In this document: piece after piece, positions 11,888 to 24,212 of the stretch
Layout of the letters: every line of letters begins with the position of its first letter
How positions within the stretch are numbered: position 1 is the stretch's first letter
NCBI GenBank assembly: GCA_002269645.1
Contig: NIVC01001392.1
Coordinates: 124,001-188,000, forward strand
Reading direction: 5' to 3'
From: Macrostomum lignano
Taxonomy: Eukaryota
DNA: 64,000 nt
Made by a program: the position numbers and the translations under genes
Notes under the pieces: generated by a model
What the model saw: only the letters and a program-made list of their open reading frames with translations
Databases searched by the model: none
Told to the model about the DNA's origin: nothing

Positions 11888-12679
11888 TTAAGGTTGTCCA
11901 GCCAGAAGATGGTGATTATAGCTGACAGCTCGAGATCTTTTCGACACGCAAGTCTGCAACTGGCTAAAAAAGTTCGGCGTGTGCTCCAGCAGGCTCCAGG
12001 ACAGCGTTGGAAACAGCTTCATTCCCGACGGCAAGTGTCTGACCGTGGCCGCGTCAACTGTGATGCAAAATGTGGGATAATTGCGATACTTCTGCTGTAT
12101 AAGCAGACGCCAATAGTCCGAACACTCTGCCAGGTACTGCTGAGACACCAGCAGGACGCTAATGAAGCATCTATCAACCACGTCAGACACGGGGAAGTCA
12201 GTTGAGGACACCATCTGGCTGTCTAGCAGGATCCACCGAGGCTCCAACTGTTTGAGCTTCTTAATCAAGCATTTCGCTTTGCCAGCGTCGCTCTGATGAT
12301 AGCCAACGTAAACGTGGTAATACTCGACAAACAGGCGCGAGTCCAGTCTCTGCATGATGTCAGTTCTCTGTAGAAGTCGCAGGCATTCGAATAAATTTCT
12401 CAGCGTTGCCTGCTGCGGACTCGATTGCAGCCACTTGCGCAGCACCCAGTTCAAGTTGCTATTGCTTTCAGTGAGCTCGGCTTTCTCTTCCATATAGCGC
12501 ACGTTGAGCAGCTCGAATAGGCCTAACAGATCGCTTGTGTACTCGCGACCGTCCCAGGTTGGAGTGGCCACAGACTGAGCGTTCAGGTGATCGGCTACCA
12601 GGGCCAGGTTTGCTCGGCTCAGACACCAGACTGGCAGCTTGGCGTGGCGCTCCATCACTTGCTGCAGTTTCAGCTCCAT
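11888..12679 (-). CDS. death domain + TIR domain adaptor, MyD88-like (263 aa, single coding exon)
   Basis: N-terminal half ends WLQSSPQQATLRNLFECLRLLQRTDIM (death-domain W...ATV..L...L..L.R.D pattern). C-terminal half has a TIR box-1-like YHVYVGYHQSD and RCFISVLLVSQQYL (betaC). In-frame TAA directly before the ATG and an acceptor-like TATTAG just upstream of that (6 nt before the ATG). Confidence 0.75.
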   Translation of the reverse strand: MELKLQQVMERHAKLPVWCLSRANLALVADHLNAQSVATPTWDGREYTSDLLGLFELLNVRYMEEKAELTESNSNLNWVLRKWLQSSPQQATLRNLFECLRLLQRTDIMQRLDSRLFVEYYHVYVGYHQSDAGKAKCLIKKLKQLEPRWILLDSQMVSSTDFPVSDVVDRCFISVLLVSQQYLAECSDYWRLLIQQKYRNYPTFCITVDAATVRHLPSGMKLFPTLSWSLLEHTPNFFSQLQTCVSKRSRAVSYNHHLLAGQP

Positions 12680-13985
12680 TTACGCCTAATAGTTGGTAAA
12701 TAGTTAGTTGAACCTGTGCAAGGCTTGGCTGCCTTAGCCGTGTGTGCGAGAGTGTGGAAACTCTGCCTATTTCTATGCCCACACAGCTGTGCGTACAGTG
12801 AATGCCACAATCTCTCCTAGCCATCTCTGTCTCTTTCTCTAGCCTCCAGTCTGCCTCTCGCGCAGGCAGGCGTTCTATCTTTTGAAGGCATGAAGACAGT
12901 GACCGGCAATTTATTAATCTGCGAGGCCAGTCCTTTAAATTTCTTTTATAAAAGCATAGAAATGAGAAAGAAGAAAGAAGTTTGAGTACATTGTACAAAA
13001 ATAACGTCTCAATCTGGATGCAGCAATACATGTACAGGGGCAGGACAGCTACACCGAAACCTCTAGCAAAATTTTCGCGATTCGGGATTGTGTAGCATCC
13101 TGTCTCAAGTTGTCCATGTTGCGATAGAAGTTCCTCTTCGGCTTAGCACAGGGGTGCCTCCTAGCCATCTCGATAACTGTTTGGGATCTGCTACCGACCA
13201 CACCCAGTTTTTTAGTAATCTATGCCTTTTGCGGTTCATTCGATACGATGCAGTATACTTTGAATTGTATATTGCTACGTAGCTAGCTATTTAGACGTAG
13301 CTAAAATGTATTGCGCAATATTTGCAAAGTTTACTAAAAGTAGAGAGTCAAGATTATTAGTCCAAACTATTCGCAATAGTATTAACAATAAAATGATTAT
13401 TTCTGTATTTGGATGTTTGATTTTATATTACTCGATATTGAACCTGGTAAGCTATACCTGAAAAAAATGGAGTTTCGCTGTGTACTTTATTTAATTTTCA
13501 GACTGGTTTACTCTCGAAGTTTACTCTCGTTACTCTTGTATTGGTTGCAGCAACCACCAGATAAAACTTGTTTTCTTACTCAACAAGATTCTGTGAGACG
13601 TTCTTTCACCTGTTTGCTGTAAGTTAAAGCGCCAATTTTATTAGTGGATAAATTTATTAGTGGCGTAATATTAGTGGAAGGTGTTGCCATGGCCTGCTGT
13701 ATAATGAGCCTAAAACGAGAGCAGCAACAGTCTGTTTAAACAAAAAACATTAGCTACACTTTACGTCGCCTCGTCTAAGAAGTGTCAATGGCACTCAATG
13801 ATGGTAACTATAGTCCTGTTTTAAAGACCTGTGCAGCGGACCATCGTTTCACTCAGTCATTCTGTCCGATTCCCTTCCCTGTCAACTTACGTTAGCCAAA
13901 AAAGGGGGGGTGAATAGCCGTGCATTGTTGCACGATGGAGGAGAAGGCTTAATTTATTGCCAATGCTTCTCAAAACGTTTCTTTA

Positions 13986-13989
<4 letters not shown>

Positions 13990-14032
<43 letters not shown>

Positions 14033-14045
14033 TCTCCCTCTCTCT
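13990..14045. repeat. (CT)n microsatellite between the divergent genes
   Basis: Direct reading. Confidence 0.9.
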
Positions 14046-14457
14046 CGTTCCTCCGGGCTCGCCCTCTTGCTCTGTCGCTCTGTAACGTGCATTATTGTGT
14101 GCTCCGCTGCACCCGCTCGGGGCGCAGGTGAGCCAGTGAGTGCTTGGAACTCTGAAAAGAAAGACTGCATTGGTCCTGCAGCTTGGCTTGGATCGGGGGA
14201 GGGGGGGTGGCTGCGAAGTGTACAACTGGGTGCATTCACTCTATACGCAAGACCTTTCTGGTGTTGCCAGGCTACTTCGAGACAAGCCGGCGCGAGAGTG
14301 TAGAAAAAAGAGAGAAAAATAACGAATAGAAAAAGCGGTCCAAGCGCTGTTAGATTTAGTTATTGGTATACAAAAATTACAAGTTTACCTGGCTGGCAAC
14401 AACAGTCAAAGCAGTCGAGCTCCGCATTCCTACACTTAGTGAAGAATCTTATCAGCC

Positions 14458-17400
14458 ATGAGCAAGCGACGGCCCGGCGGCCGGGCTAGGAAGGAGGTCC
14501 GCATCCAGGAGGAGGAGGAGGACACCAGTCGGCTGTACCGGACGCCACTATCGGCGGAGGCGGCTAAGTACTGTAGCCGGCCAGTGGCCGAGTCGCCGTG
14601 GGGCCTGGACGGCCTGGCTGAGATTCAAATCAGCGGAGACAGGCACTATCGACCCGAGCGGCTGCCCTCCGGGCGCAAGGAGCGACCAAAGAGCGCCCGT
14701 CTGCACACGATGTATTATCAAAACTTGGACTACGTGCACGGCATCGCCGACACGCTGCGCACCCTGGAGCTGAGCAACACGGGGCTGTTCGCCTTCCCGC
14801 AGGAACTAGTCGAACGCCTGTTGAATATCGAGACGCTTATTTTAGACGACAACAATTTGACGACCGAAGGCTTCCCAACATGCTTCAAGGACCTGGTGTC
14901 GCTCACTAGTCTGAGCGTGCGCAACAATGGCCTGACTGGAATTCCATCCAGCTGGTCCTATCTGTTCCAGCTGACAAGCCTGTTGGCCGACAACAATCAG
15001 ATATCCAGTCTGAAGCACCTCGAACGACTCACTAAACTGCAGGTGCTCAGCTTGCAAGGCAACTGCATTGAAGAGATTCCGCGCGAGTTTTACGCACTGA
15101 AGAAACTGGAATGCCTGAACCTGAGTCACAATAGCATCGCTTCCGTCACTGTGGATGTAAAAAGGCTTATCAACCTCAGGGAGCTCGACTTGTCCCACAA
15201 TTGTCTAGCATTCCTCATCCCGGATCTCTTTCTGCTGCCAAAGTTGGATGGCCTCCAAGTTAGCAACAACGAGGTGGTAAAGATTCCTACGGTTGCACTG
15301 AAGACGAAGAATAAGCGAACGATCGATTCAGTTGATCTATCATTCAACAAGCTTACCAGGTTCCCAGAAAACGTCTTCTTGATTGCGGAAAAGCTTGACT
15401 TGACGTCAAACTCTATCAGAGTGATCAATAATTCCGCATTCAAAAAACTGGACTGGCGCACAACCAAGCAGCTTTGTATGCACGACAACCCGCTGAACAA
15501 TCCGCCAAGGGACGTTGCAGAGGGCGGCCTGAAAGCAATGCTGCACTATTATTTCGAGACAAAGGTTGACAGCAAGATCTATCAAGGCATCAAGGTGTTT
15601 CTGCTCGGATCTGGCGGCTGCGGCAAGTCCAGTCTTGTCCAGACCTTTCTTGACCAGCAGTCGCGGCTGTGCACCGAGGATGAGGAGACAATTTGCCTCG
15701 ACATCTACGACTATCAAATCGACACGTCGGACGACTTGGCAGATCCGCGGCCTCTAAGCCTGTCTATCTGGGACTGCTCAGGAAATCCAGACTACATGCC
15801 GTACATCTTTCCATTCTTACACTTTCCCTCGCTGGCTCTCATTCTGTTCGATCTGACTGAGTACACCACCGAGAACTTCTCAGAGCTGATTGGCCAGTGG
15901 ATCGATACGCTAATTTTGCGCAACAATCGTGCCGTGTTCATTCTGATTGGAACCAAGGCGGACCTGTGCAAGGAGCCCGAGAAGGTGCTGGAGCTGGCCC
16001 AGAAAGACACCGAAGAGTACATTAAGAATTATCTCGATAGCATCGACCATGAGATTGGCTGCATAGAGCGACTCGATCAGATCTCAGCTGCTTTTAATGA
16101 GCAGTACAAACAGTATCTCAGCCTGAAGAACTTCAAACCACTGTTTCACCCGGAAGCTCTCATCACTAGCAGTGCTCAAATGCTAGGTTTCAATCGGCTT
16201 GAGTCCGTACTAGTAGAGCTTGCTACCCAGACAAAAACATTCCCATCCGTGATGCGGGTCATCCCAGCTCTCTGGGGTGACGCCGAAAATTTCTTTGACG
16301 ATTTAGGCCAGAATCAGAACATCATCAGCTTCAACGAGCTGGCGAACATCGTTCACAAACAGTTCGGCCTGAGACACCTCACGGGCCAGATTTGTCAGTA
16401 CTTGCACGATAGCGGTCGAGCAATCTTCAACGAACGGGAGCCTTCGTTTAAGGAGACCGTTGTCCTGCGACCAAGCGTGCTGTTCGAACACACCTGTACG
16501 CTGTTCCGACACAACCTCTACGACTTTCTAATGGATCCTAGTGATAAAGAGGAGGTTAGGGAAAGATTCGTTAGGGATTATTCAGCAGCCGAATTCACAA
16601 AGGCGGTAGAGCTCTGCACAGTACACGGTATTCTGCTACACAACCTTCTCAAGATGTTTTTTGGCACTGGAAAGCGACGCTTTACCTTAATAAACTACCT
16701 GTGCGACTGCCTTCAGTGGTGCTACCGCATTGGTGGGCCAGTGGAGAACCCTGACAGCGAGCTGCCGCATCAGCGCGAGCTTAACTTTGACCTTGAACGA
16801 GACGAAGACGGCAAAGTGAAGACGGACACATCCAAGGTTAGCCTTCTCGTGCCGAACCTGGTCCGGTCTCCCGAGCCTACGGTGGCGCAGACGCATTGGC
16901 AGAATGCGGCATTGCGCGTTAGTGCCGGTTTTCGCTTCAGCCGTTTCACTCCGTCGATGTTCTTCGAGCGACTGCTAGTCTGCCTGCACACGGAGCGGCT
17001 GAGGTACCAATACCACTGGCAGAACGGCGTCCTGGCATTCGACGCCGAGGACGACAACGTGTGGATTCGAGTGACAAAGGAAGACCCTGAGGACAAATCT
17101 TATCTAGTTGTGCTCTCCTGCGGCGTCGTCACTGAGGAGAGATTCAACTTCGTCCGAGAAGAGCAAACTCCTACAGAGGAGCCCGTTGAGGATAGCGAAG
17201 AGGTCCTTGCGTTAAAGACTCAGCTGGCTCGAGTCTGGAGGTGCCTCTTACCGTCACTACTAGAAGCAGAAAAAGTGCTTAAACAGTATCCAGGTAAGTC
17301 ACAGTTGTGCAAGGATGGCTTAGCTAAGTTGGACAGAAAACTTAAAACTTCGTTTCTAAGAAAATCTTCAAAAAGATCGGCTTTTTGTAGGAAACTGCAA

Positions 17401-18086
17401 AATACACTATTGTGTTATGAAATTTTCATTTTTACTAAAGAATTTTAGACAAAACTCCTTAAATTACTCAGCATGCTTTTAATTTGGTTCCTTTATTACG
17501 CGCTGCTAATTTACATAATTGTCACTTATTTACAAACTAAGTTATATATGTCAATCAAATGAATCACTTAGTTTCACGAGTACAAAGAAAGCTTTGCAGT
17601 AATTTTGTATCTATGAAGTAACAAAAAAGGTCAGTTAGATTACTTATGACGCCCTTGCCTGCGCGTCCTGAGCAGGTCGCGTGTACTAAATTAGAAAGAC
17701 TGCCCATAAAATTGCTAAAATATTCTAACTATCGCGTCCTCACTGCAGCGGCATGGTTTCGGCGTGAGGTGAAGTGTCCCGAATGCGGCGAGATGACTTT
17801 CTGGGGCGAGTGGCTTTCGCCGAAGGAAGCACAGGACTCGGAGGCCAAGCCCTGTCGAGCCTGTCACGCGGACATTCTGTCATGTCTGTTGGTCCAGCCG
17901 AGGGTCAGCAAGAGAAGCACCAGGCCAACAATACGGAGCGACGTCGCTGTTAAACTGCAGGATTCTCCGGCGCCCGGCGCTGCGGCCGCCAATCCGGCTG
18001 ACGGCGAGGTGAACGAAGCGCTGAACTTCGATGCCAGTCAGAAGCGAGTCGCAACGGAGGGTCGAAAGAGCGTCAGTTTTATGTGA
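14458..18086 (+). CDS. MFHAS1: LRR-ROC-COR (ROCO) protein, MFHAS1/MASL1-like; exons 14458-17293 and 17749-18086 (~1057 aa)
   Basis: Tandem LxxLxLxxN LRRs; ROC G1 GSGGCGKS, G3 WDCSG, G4 GTKAD; COR starting IPALW; no kinase domain. Phase-1 intron CAG|GTAAGT...CTGCAG|CG; C-terminal CPEC and CRAC cysteines. Confidence 0.85.
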
Positions 18087-19234
18087 CTCTCGATTCTGAG
18101 CAGTTCGTGTGCATGTCTGCATCTTGTTTTGAGCTCACTCTCAGCCACAGCAAGTGTGGTATTTTATTTTTCTCTAAATCTAAATTGCCTACATTGACTC
18201 AATAATATTGAAGCTACATACGAGCTATAGCAGGCAATCTGTCAACTAGATCGGTGCGGACTCTTTGTTAGATGTTCGCTACAGATTAAATAGCTACAGA
18301 TAAATTATGACAAAAATCTATAGCTGTGTATTTAAAATTTGTACACTCTTAATGTGCGTCAGATAGAATAGAGTATTTTCGCTTTAGAATGGCAAATGAT
18401 GTATATGTATAGTGTATTCCAATTCTTCTATTTTGCTGTCATTTTTCTATAGATTGACTTGTAAGAATATAATTGATATGAATGGAAGTTTTGTGACGTC
18501 ATGCCACGTGTTTCCAATGTGTATAGACAGGGGGCAACGTGTCACCGTTCCAGCAGGTTCGCGAGATGTGAACTGGACAATGTGGATATTGTCTGGTGTT
18601 GCCCTCACGTCGACGTCATTGGGAGAATAGCTAGTGTGACATAGTCGTTATGATTTTTTAGTTAGACGTACATTACAGATATGTGCAGATATAGCGGTAG
18701 CGATGGCGATCCGGGGACGATAGATTTATGCAGGATACTAGTATAAATAGGATGTACTGTGTACATCTACGGATCGTACGTATTTACGGGTGATCATCCG
18801 TTTGCATGTGAGTGCTGCACTGCATTCTACGATAGATTTATCCACCAGCCATGCTACAGAAAGTAGGATGTACGAATCACTTCGCGGTACATGCACTGTA
18901 CATACTAGACCCGCGGATGATAAGCAGAAGTATGATCGGTGAATACGCGGTCCTGTCAATTTTCTTTTCTACTCTGTATACATGTATATTGAAATTGAAT
19001 AGTAAAATTAATTTAAATCTTGCAGGGTGGAACAGCTATTGTTAATGATACGTACGATGAAGAAACATACGAATTATATTACATTATACGAGCGTAAATA
19101 CAGAAGTCCTTTTAGGCATTAATTTTTTCGAAACAATACTCACTCGCGGATCCGATCTTGTCTAGCATGTTGATCGTAAAGATCCGCTTGAGAACATATG
19201 AGATTTTCTGGTTTTACAACTGCAAAAATAACAA

Positions 19235-20420
19235 GGCACACCGCCGGGGAACAGAGTACAGTTCACAAAGGGCGGCGTGTGCCTGGCCGATCATCCCAGA
19301 GTCATCCAGCAGGCAATCCACGTAGCAGCGCTTCCGGCCGTAGCCTCGGCGCCAGGGGCCCTGCATCGTGAGCAGCAGGACTTCCTGCGCCGGTTGAGGG
19401 CAGGAGTAGGCAGCTCCGCACGGATGGTGTGGCCCGCCAGTTGAAGTCTTCTCCTGGGGAGGGTTTCGCTAGGTGGTCGCAGCCCTGCGCGCTGGTAGAG
19501 GGCTGCGTTGGAGATTGCGTCCGGGTAGCTGATGCTGAAGGCCGGCTCGCAGCAGGGCCGAATGTGCTGCGTCCAGCAACGTCTCCAGAGTCTCGGTCAG
19601 CGTCCACATCTCGACGTTGTAGGTCTCGGCCCTCAAAAGATGTAGCAAGCTGGAAAACTCGGATAGAGCGGGAGGCCACCGAGTCCAGGCCCCTGCGTCG
19701 CGCCAAGTCCTCCTGGACACTGGGCACGAGACCGCCGAGGTACGCGAAGCTCGTGCAGCGAGTTAGAGTTCCTCCGTTTTCTCGATGTCATTGCTTTTCG
19801 CTTTTCATCTCGCTGGCCCGACCGATGCCGCAGCTGCCATTAGGCTGTCTAGCATGCGCTGGGCTCCATCAGCCGTAGAGGCGAGCAGCATAACCCATGA
19901 GCGACAGCCGTGTCTCAGGTTGGCGGCTGCATGCTTGTTCGTCGTCAGAGCAGCAGGAAGCCGTCCTCATCTGTTGGCAGGGCTCTTTGCAGCCCCAAAT
20001 CGAAGCACCAACAGGAAAAGGTAGGGTGCAAGCGTGTCATCTTGCAGCACCCCATAGGTCGTGTTGAACAAGTCACACAGTCCGTCAGGTGTCACCACGG
20101 CGGCCGATCGAGTCTCCTGATAGAGAGCTATTGGTCGCTTTGGCACGTGGTGCGACCGCAAGACCGGTACGAGGAATCGCGAACCACAGAGTCGAATAAG
20201 GCCTTCCTGCTGAAATCTACGAAAATGAAGACAAAGGAGATGGCTTGGTGGGTGCGCGCTTTTTCTATATAATCCGCCTAAAGTCCAGGATTTGCGTCGC
20301 TGTGCCCCAGTGTGGTCGGATGCCGTTCTGCTCCAGCCGGAGAAACGGTTCCAGCACCGGCGGCAGAGCCGCATCAGCAAGATCTTGTTGAAGAAAGATC
20401 AAGCTTCGCGGCGCACGACA
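19235..20420 (-). mobile_element. RTE-like LINE relic (RT fragment), same superfamily as 3100-4227, decayed mainly by indels
   Basis: Fragments EPFLRLEQNGIRP, GVLQDDTLAPYLFLLVL, GYA..LLASTADGAQRML, FAYLGGLVPSVQEDLARRRG and YNVEMWTLT in shifting frames; CpG-rich. Confidence 0.9.
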
Positions 20421-21007
20421 GCACGCGGAAAGCACTTGAAACTCGTCTAATCTAACTCGACGTATTACAAATGACGCATTTAGACCATGTAGCAAAGTAC
20501 AAGTATGACATCCAGGTCTGCCTCAGTGAGACTGTACATATGTCTTGGACAACAGAGTATATACGAGACGGACTTTATAATCTATTTTTTTAGAAATGAG
20601 CTAGAGGCTGGGCTGGGTAGATCGATCGAAATTATATTTGTGGTATCGCTAGTACATTTAGTATTGCTTGCGCTGAATGGGGTCTCCACCATAGGAAAAT
20701 TTGGAAGCGAAAATCTGCAGTCGAAAAATCTTTTTTCTTGAGAGCATGCAGTGGTTGTAGCCGTGGCTTGGTGGTGGAGGTAGTTGACTGGTTCCAAAAA
20801 TCCAATTTATATTTAATCCAGTGGAAAAACATAAACTAAGTAAATTCACTATAGTTGAAAGAGGTCTTCAAATAAACAGAGAGGAAACTATTCGGAACGT
20901 TCGCCAGCGACGCGTTAAAGATAATAATGACGATTACAAATTTCTTAGAATGCGACGCGACCCTAAGCGATGGTTCATCGATTGGTGTTCATTTCAATTT
21001 AATGTTG

Positions 21008-22513
21008 TGTAACGAAATGAATTGCCGATACTAACACTTGAACTTTCAGCCGTCGAGAGTGCCAAGTCAGAGCGCGAACTCTTATTAACAATCGATGATT
21101 TATATTTATATTGGTTACTTATCAGTCATTAAAACAAAAGTTTCATTATAAAATTATCTTGCAAAATAACATAAATTACATACAGTAAAAAGTACAGTGA
21201 GATAAATACAATATAAATACTATAATACCAATACAACCTGATAAGAGTAAATACGAAATTATTTACTTTTAAATTACATACGCAGATATGTTACATTATC
21301 CTCCTCTTAGAAAAGACAATGTCCACATTGTCAAAAGTACAATTAACAAAAGAGTAGAATACAAAGTATAGAAAATAACTATTAAATATACAGTACATGC
21401 TAAATTTTGAGCAAAAAAAGATTGAACTCGCATTCCCAACTAGACATCGCAATGAGGTGACAGAACACATTTTAAAACAATGGTCTGGACCAAAAGAGAA
21501 GCTAGTTAACCAACACAAAAACCAGAACCCAACAGGGTTAGCAGAGCCCTGGGTTCTCCCCACCACAACCAGTGCAGAGCACAGCATGAATGAAGCAAAA
21601 AACACTTTTTTAATAAAAGGAATTGCCTGTGCACACTATTGTGATACACTGCCATTGGGTGAAACCTTACAAAACACAGAAGAAAATACAGTACAACATT
21701 GAAAAATTATTTGAAAAGTAAAGTACATCATGGCAATTGCCAAAATACAGTATAAAGTACATATGAAGGAATTACAGTAAGTATATAAATTAACAATTAA
21801 GTACAATTACATTAAAATCAATCAACAAAGCATAGGAATTGGAAAATGCAGCTTCCTGGTTCTGGACTTTAGAACAGCATAATTACAAATTTAAAAACAA
21901 AATTTTGCTCTGAACTGGGTACACATCTACATGTACATTCTACAGCTAGTATTGTATTTGAACATAGAGATGCTTTTAAAAAAACAAATATAATATTCGA
22001 AATCATTCAGCGACTGACAGTATCTGCAGCACCTGTCCTTTGGCAGCATCTTCGGCACCTGTGATTTTGTTGGCCTGGCTCGCGGCTGGCTGACATACTG
22101 GTTGGCGTCGGCTAGCTGGACGCGCGCTGCATGCTGATGTGATTGGCTGCGTTGCTGTACATTTGCGGTCGATCAGAAGATTCAGCGGAGTCCTTCATGG
22201 AATCCGAGTTCTGGTGTGGTCGCCATTGTAAAATAATGAATTGCCGATACTAACACTTGAACTTTCAGCCGTCGAGAGTGCCAAGTCAGAGCGCGAACTC
22301 TTATTAACAATCGATGATTTATATTTATATTGGTTACTTATCAGTCATTAAAACAAAAGTTTCATTATAAAATTATCTTGCAAAATAACATAAATTACAT
22401 ACAGTAAAAATACAGTGAGATAAATACAATATAAATACTATAATACCAATACAACCTGATAAGAGTAAATACGAAATTATTTACTTTTAAATTACATACG
22501 CAGATATGTTACA
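21008..22513 (-). mobile_element. intact non-autonomous LTR retrotransposon (TRIM-like), 1506 bp
   Basis: Near-identical LTRs 21008-21295 and 22227-22513 with TGTAA...TTACA ends; 4-bp TSD GTTG (21004-7 and 22514-7); PBS TGGCGACC 1 nt after the 5' LTR on -; PPT AAGAGGAGGATAA abutting the 3' LTR; no gag/pol ORF. Confidence 0.92.
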
Positions 22514-22653
22514 GTTGATTGAAATTGTGGACCTAAGCCTCCCTACGAGTAAATCATAACGTCTTAAACTTTATCATGTCATTATTCATTCCTAATATCT
22601 AGGGCCTAAGGTTTGAAATCATAATTATCTATCACAGTAGGCCTAGGCCCCTA

Positions 22654-23426
22654 ACACCTTTTTGCGTTCTATTTCGATAAAACTGCATTCAATTTCGGCA
22701 AACTGGCTTTCATTTTCGACATCAGCTACGGCCGCACATCCAAACTGCATTCGAATTCGACAAACTGAGAAACAATTTCGGCAACTCGAGTTTATTTAGA
22801 TAAACTGATATTTATAAACTAAAACGAAGGAATGCCAGACTGTCTATGGAAATAAGCGCATCTAAACCCAAAACAGATTTTCAATTGTGCATGAATACTA
22901 TTGTACATACTGTGCAATTGTTTCTGGCTATGCACTTTGTTCCTTCGTGCGCTATTGCTTGCTGATGAGTGCACAGGTTTTTGCATGTTCAATTACACCT
23001 TAACTAATAACTATATTCCAAGTGCAGTACTTGTTCAGAATTTAAGAAATCCCTCTCTTCTGTTTTTATCCCCTTTTTAGATTGGCGCTATCAAAATTGA
23101 GTGCAGTTTGCCAAAATTGAAAATCAGTTTTGGGTTTAGATGCACTTATTTCTATAGATAGGGCATAGTCTGTGTCTGAGGTGCTGGCTATCAAAATTGA
23201 ATATACTATGCTGAAATTCAATGCAGTTCTCCAAATTTGAATATCAGTTTGTCAAAATAGAAACTCAAGTTGCTGAAATTGAATGCAGTTTGCCGAAATT
23301 GTTTCTTGGTTTGTCAAATTCAAATGCAGTTTGGATATGCAGCCATATTTGATGCCAAAAATGAAAGCCAATTGGCAATTGCTGAAATTGAATGCAATTT
23401 TATTGAAATAGAATGCAAAAAGGTGT
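22654..23426. mobile_element. MITE/foldback element with long (~170-200 bp) terminal inverted repeats and an inner inverted pair
   Basis: Left ACACCTTTTTGCGTTCTATTTCGATAAAACTGCATTC versus right-arm reverse complement ACACCTTTTTGCATTCTATTTCAATAAAATTGCATTC; inner pair ~22840-22887 / 23117-23163; TSD not clean. Confidence 0.85.
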
Positions 23427-24019
23427 AGTAGTAATAAATTTTACAACCCTGCTAGGTCTACTGTAAATATTGTCTTAGGCCTATATTAGGCCTAGTAGGC
23501 CTGTACTAAGCCTTATTAAGCAATGGTGAAGCAATGTCTAGTAAGAATATAAATTGGCCCTAACCCTAGTTTTATAAGGACTAGGCCTATGGTCCAGTCT
23601 TGTTATTGTAATTTAAACCTAATTTTAGGTCTACTGATGCTCAACAAAAGAGTCTAGAGTTAAGCCTAGACTCTAGAGAACATTGTTTTAGATTTCATAT
23701 ATTTAGGCTGGCTGCTGGCTTTATAAAATCATAGGACATAGCTATTAGTATTAGGCCTATATTTTAAATTTTTATTTTAGCTAAATATCATATTACATTT
23801 ACATAGATGATAGTCCTAATGATGTAATGGTCTAAAGTTAATGAATGCGATTGAATTTAAATTTTAATTAAAATTAAAAAAAGAATAGGCATAAGATTTA
23901 AAATTTTAATATTAAATAGGCCCTAACAATTGGCCTATTTTTTGCCATTGGCATTGGATATAATATCAACATAAATTTAATAAAATAATCAACTTATTTT
24001 ATTAACTTAACATTATAGA

Positions 24020-24212
24020 CAGTGGTGCAACCAAAGGGGGGCAGGGGGTGGTTGCCCTCCCTTAGGCAGTTGCCCTCCCTTAGGCTAGAAAAAATCTGAA
24101 ATGGGGCCAAGCAAATTTTCACCAAAATAGAGCCATCTCTTTGCCCCCTCCTCCTGGGTCTTTACCCTCTAGAATTCACCCTCCTCTCAAAACATTTCTA
24201 GTTACACTACTG
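24020..24212. mobile_element. 193-bp hAT-like MITE
   Basis: TIRs CAGTGGTGCAACCA versus (rc) CAGTAGTGTAACTA; 8-bp TSD ATTATAGA / ACTATAGA. Confidence 0.75.

Noticed and set aside
21291-21702. ORFs inside the LTR element
   Set aside because: AT-rich, no gag/pol motifs, overlapping on both strands; treated as non-coding.
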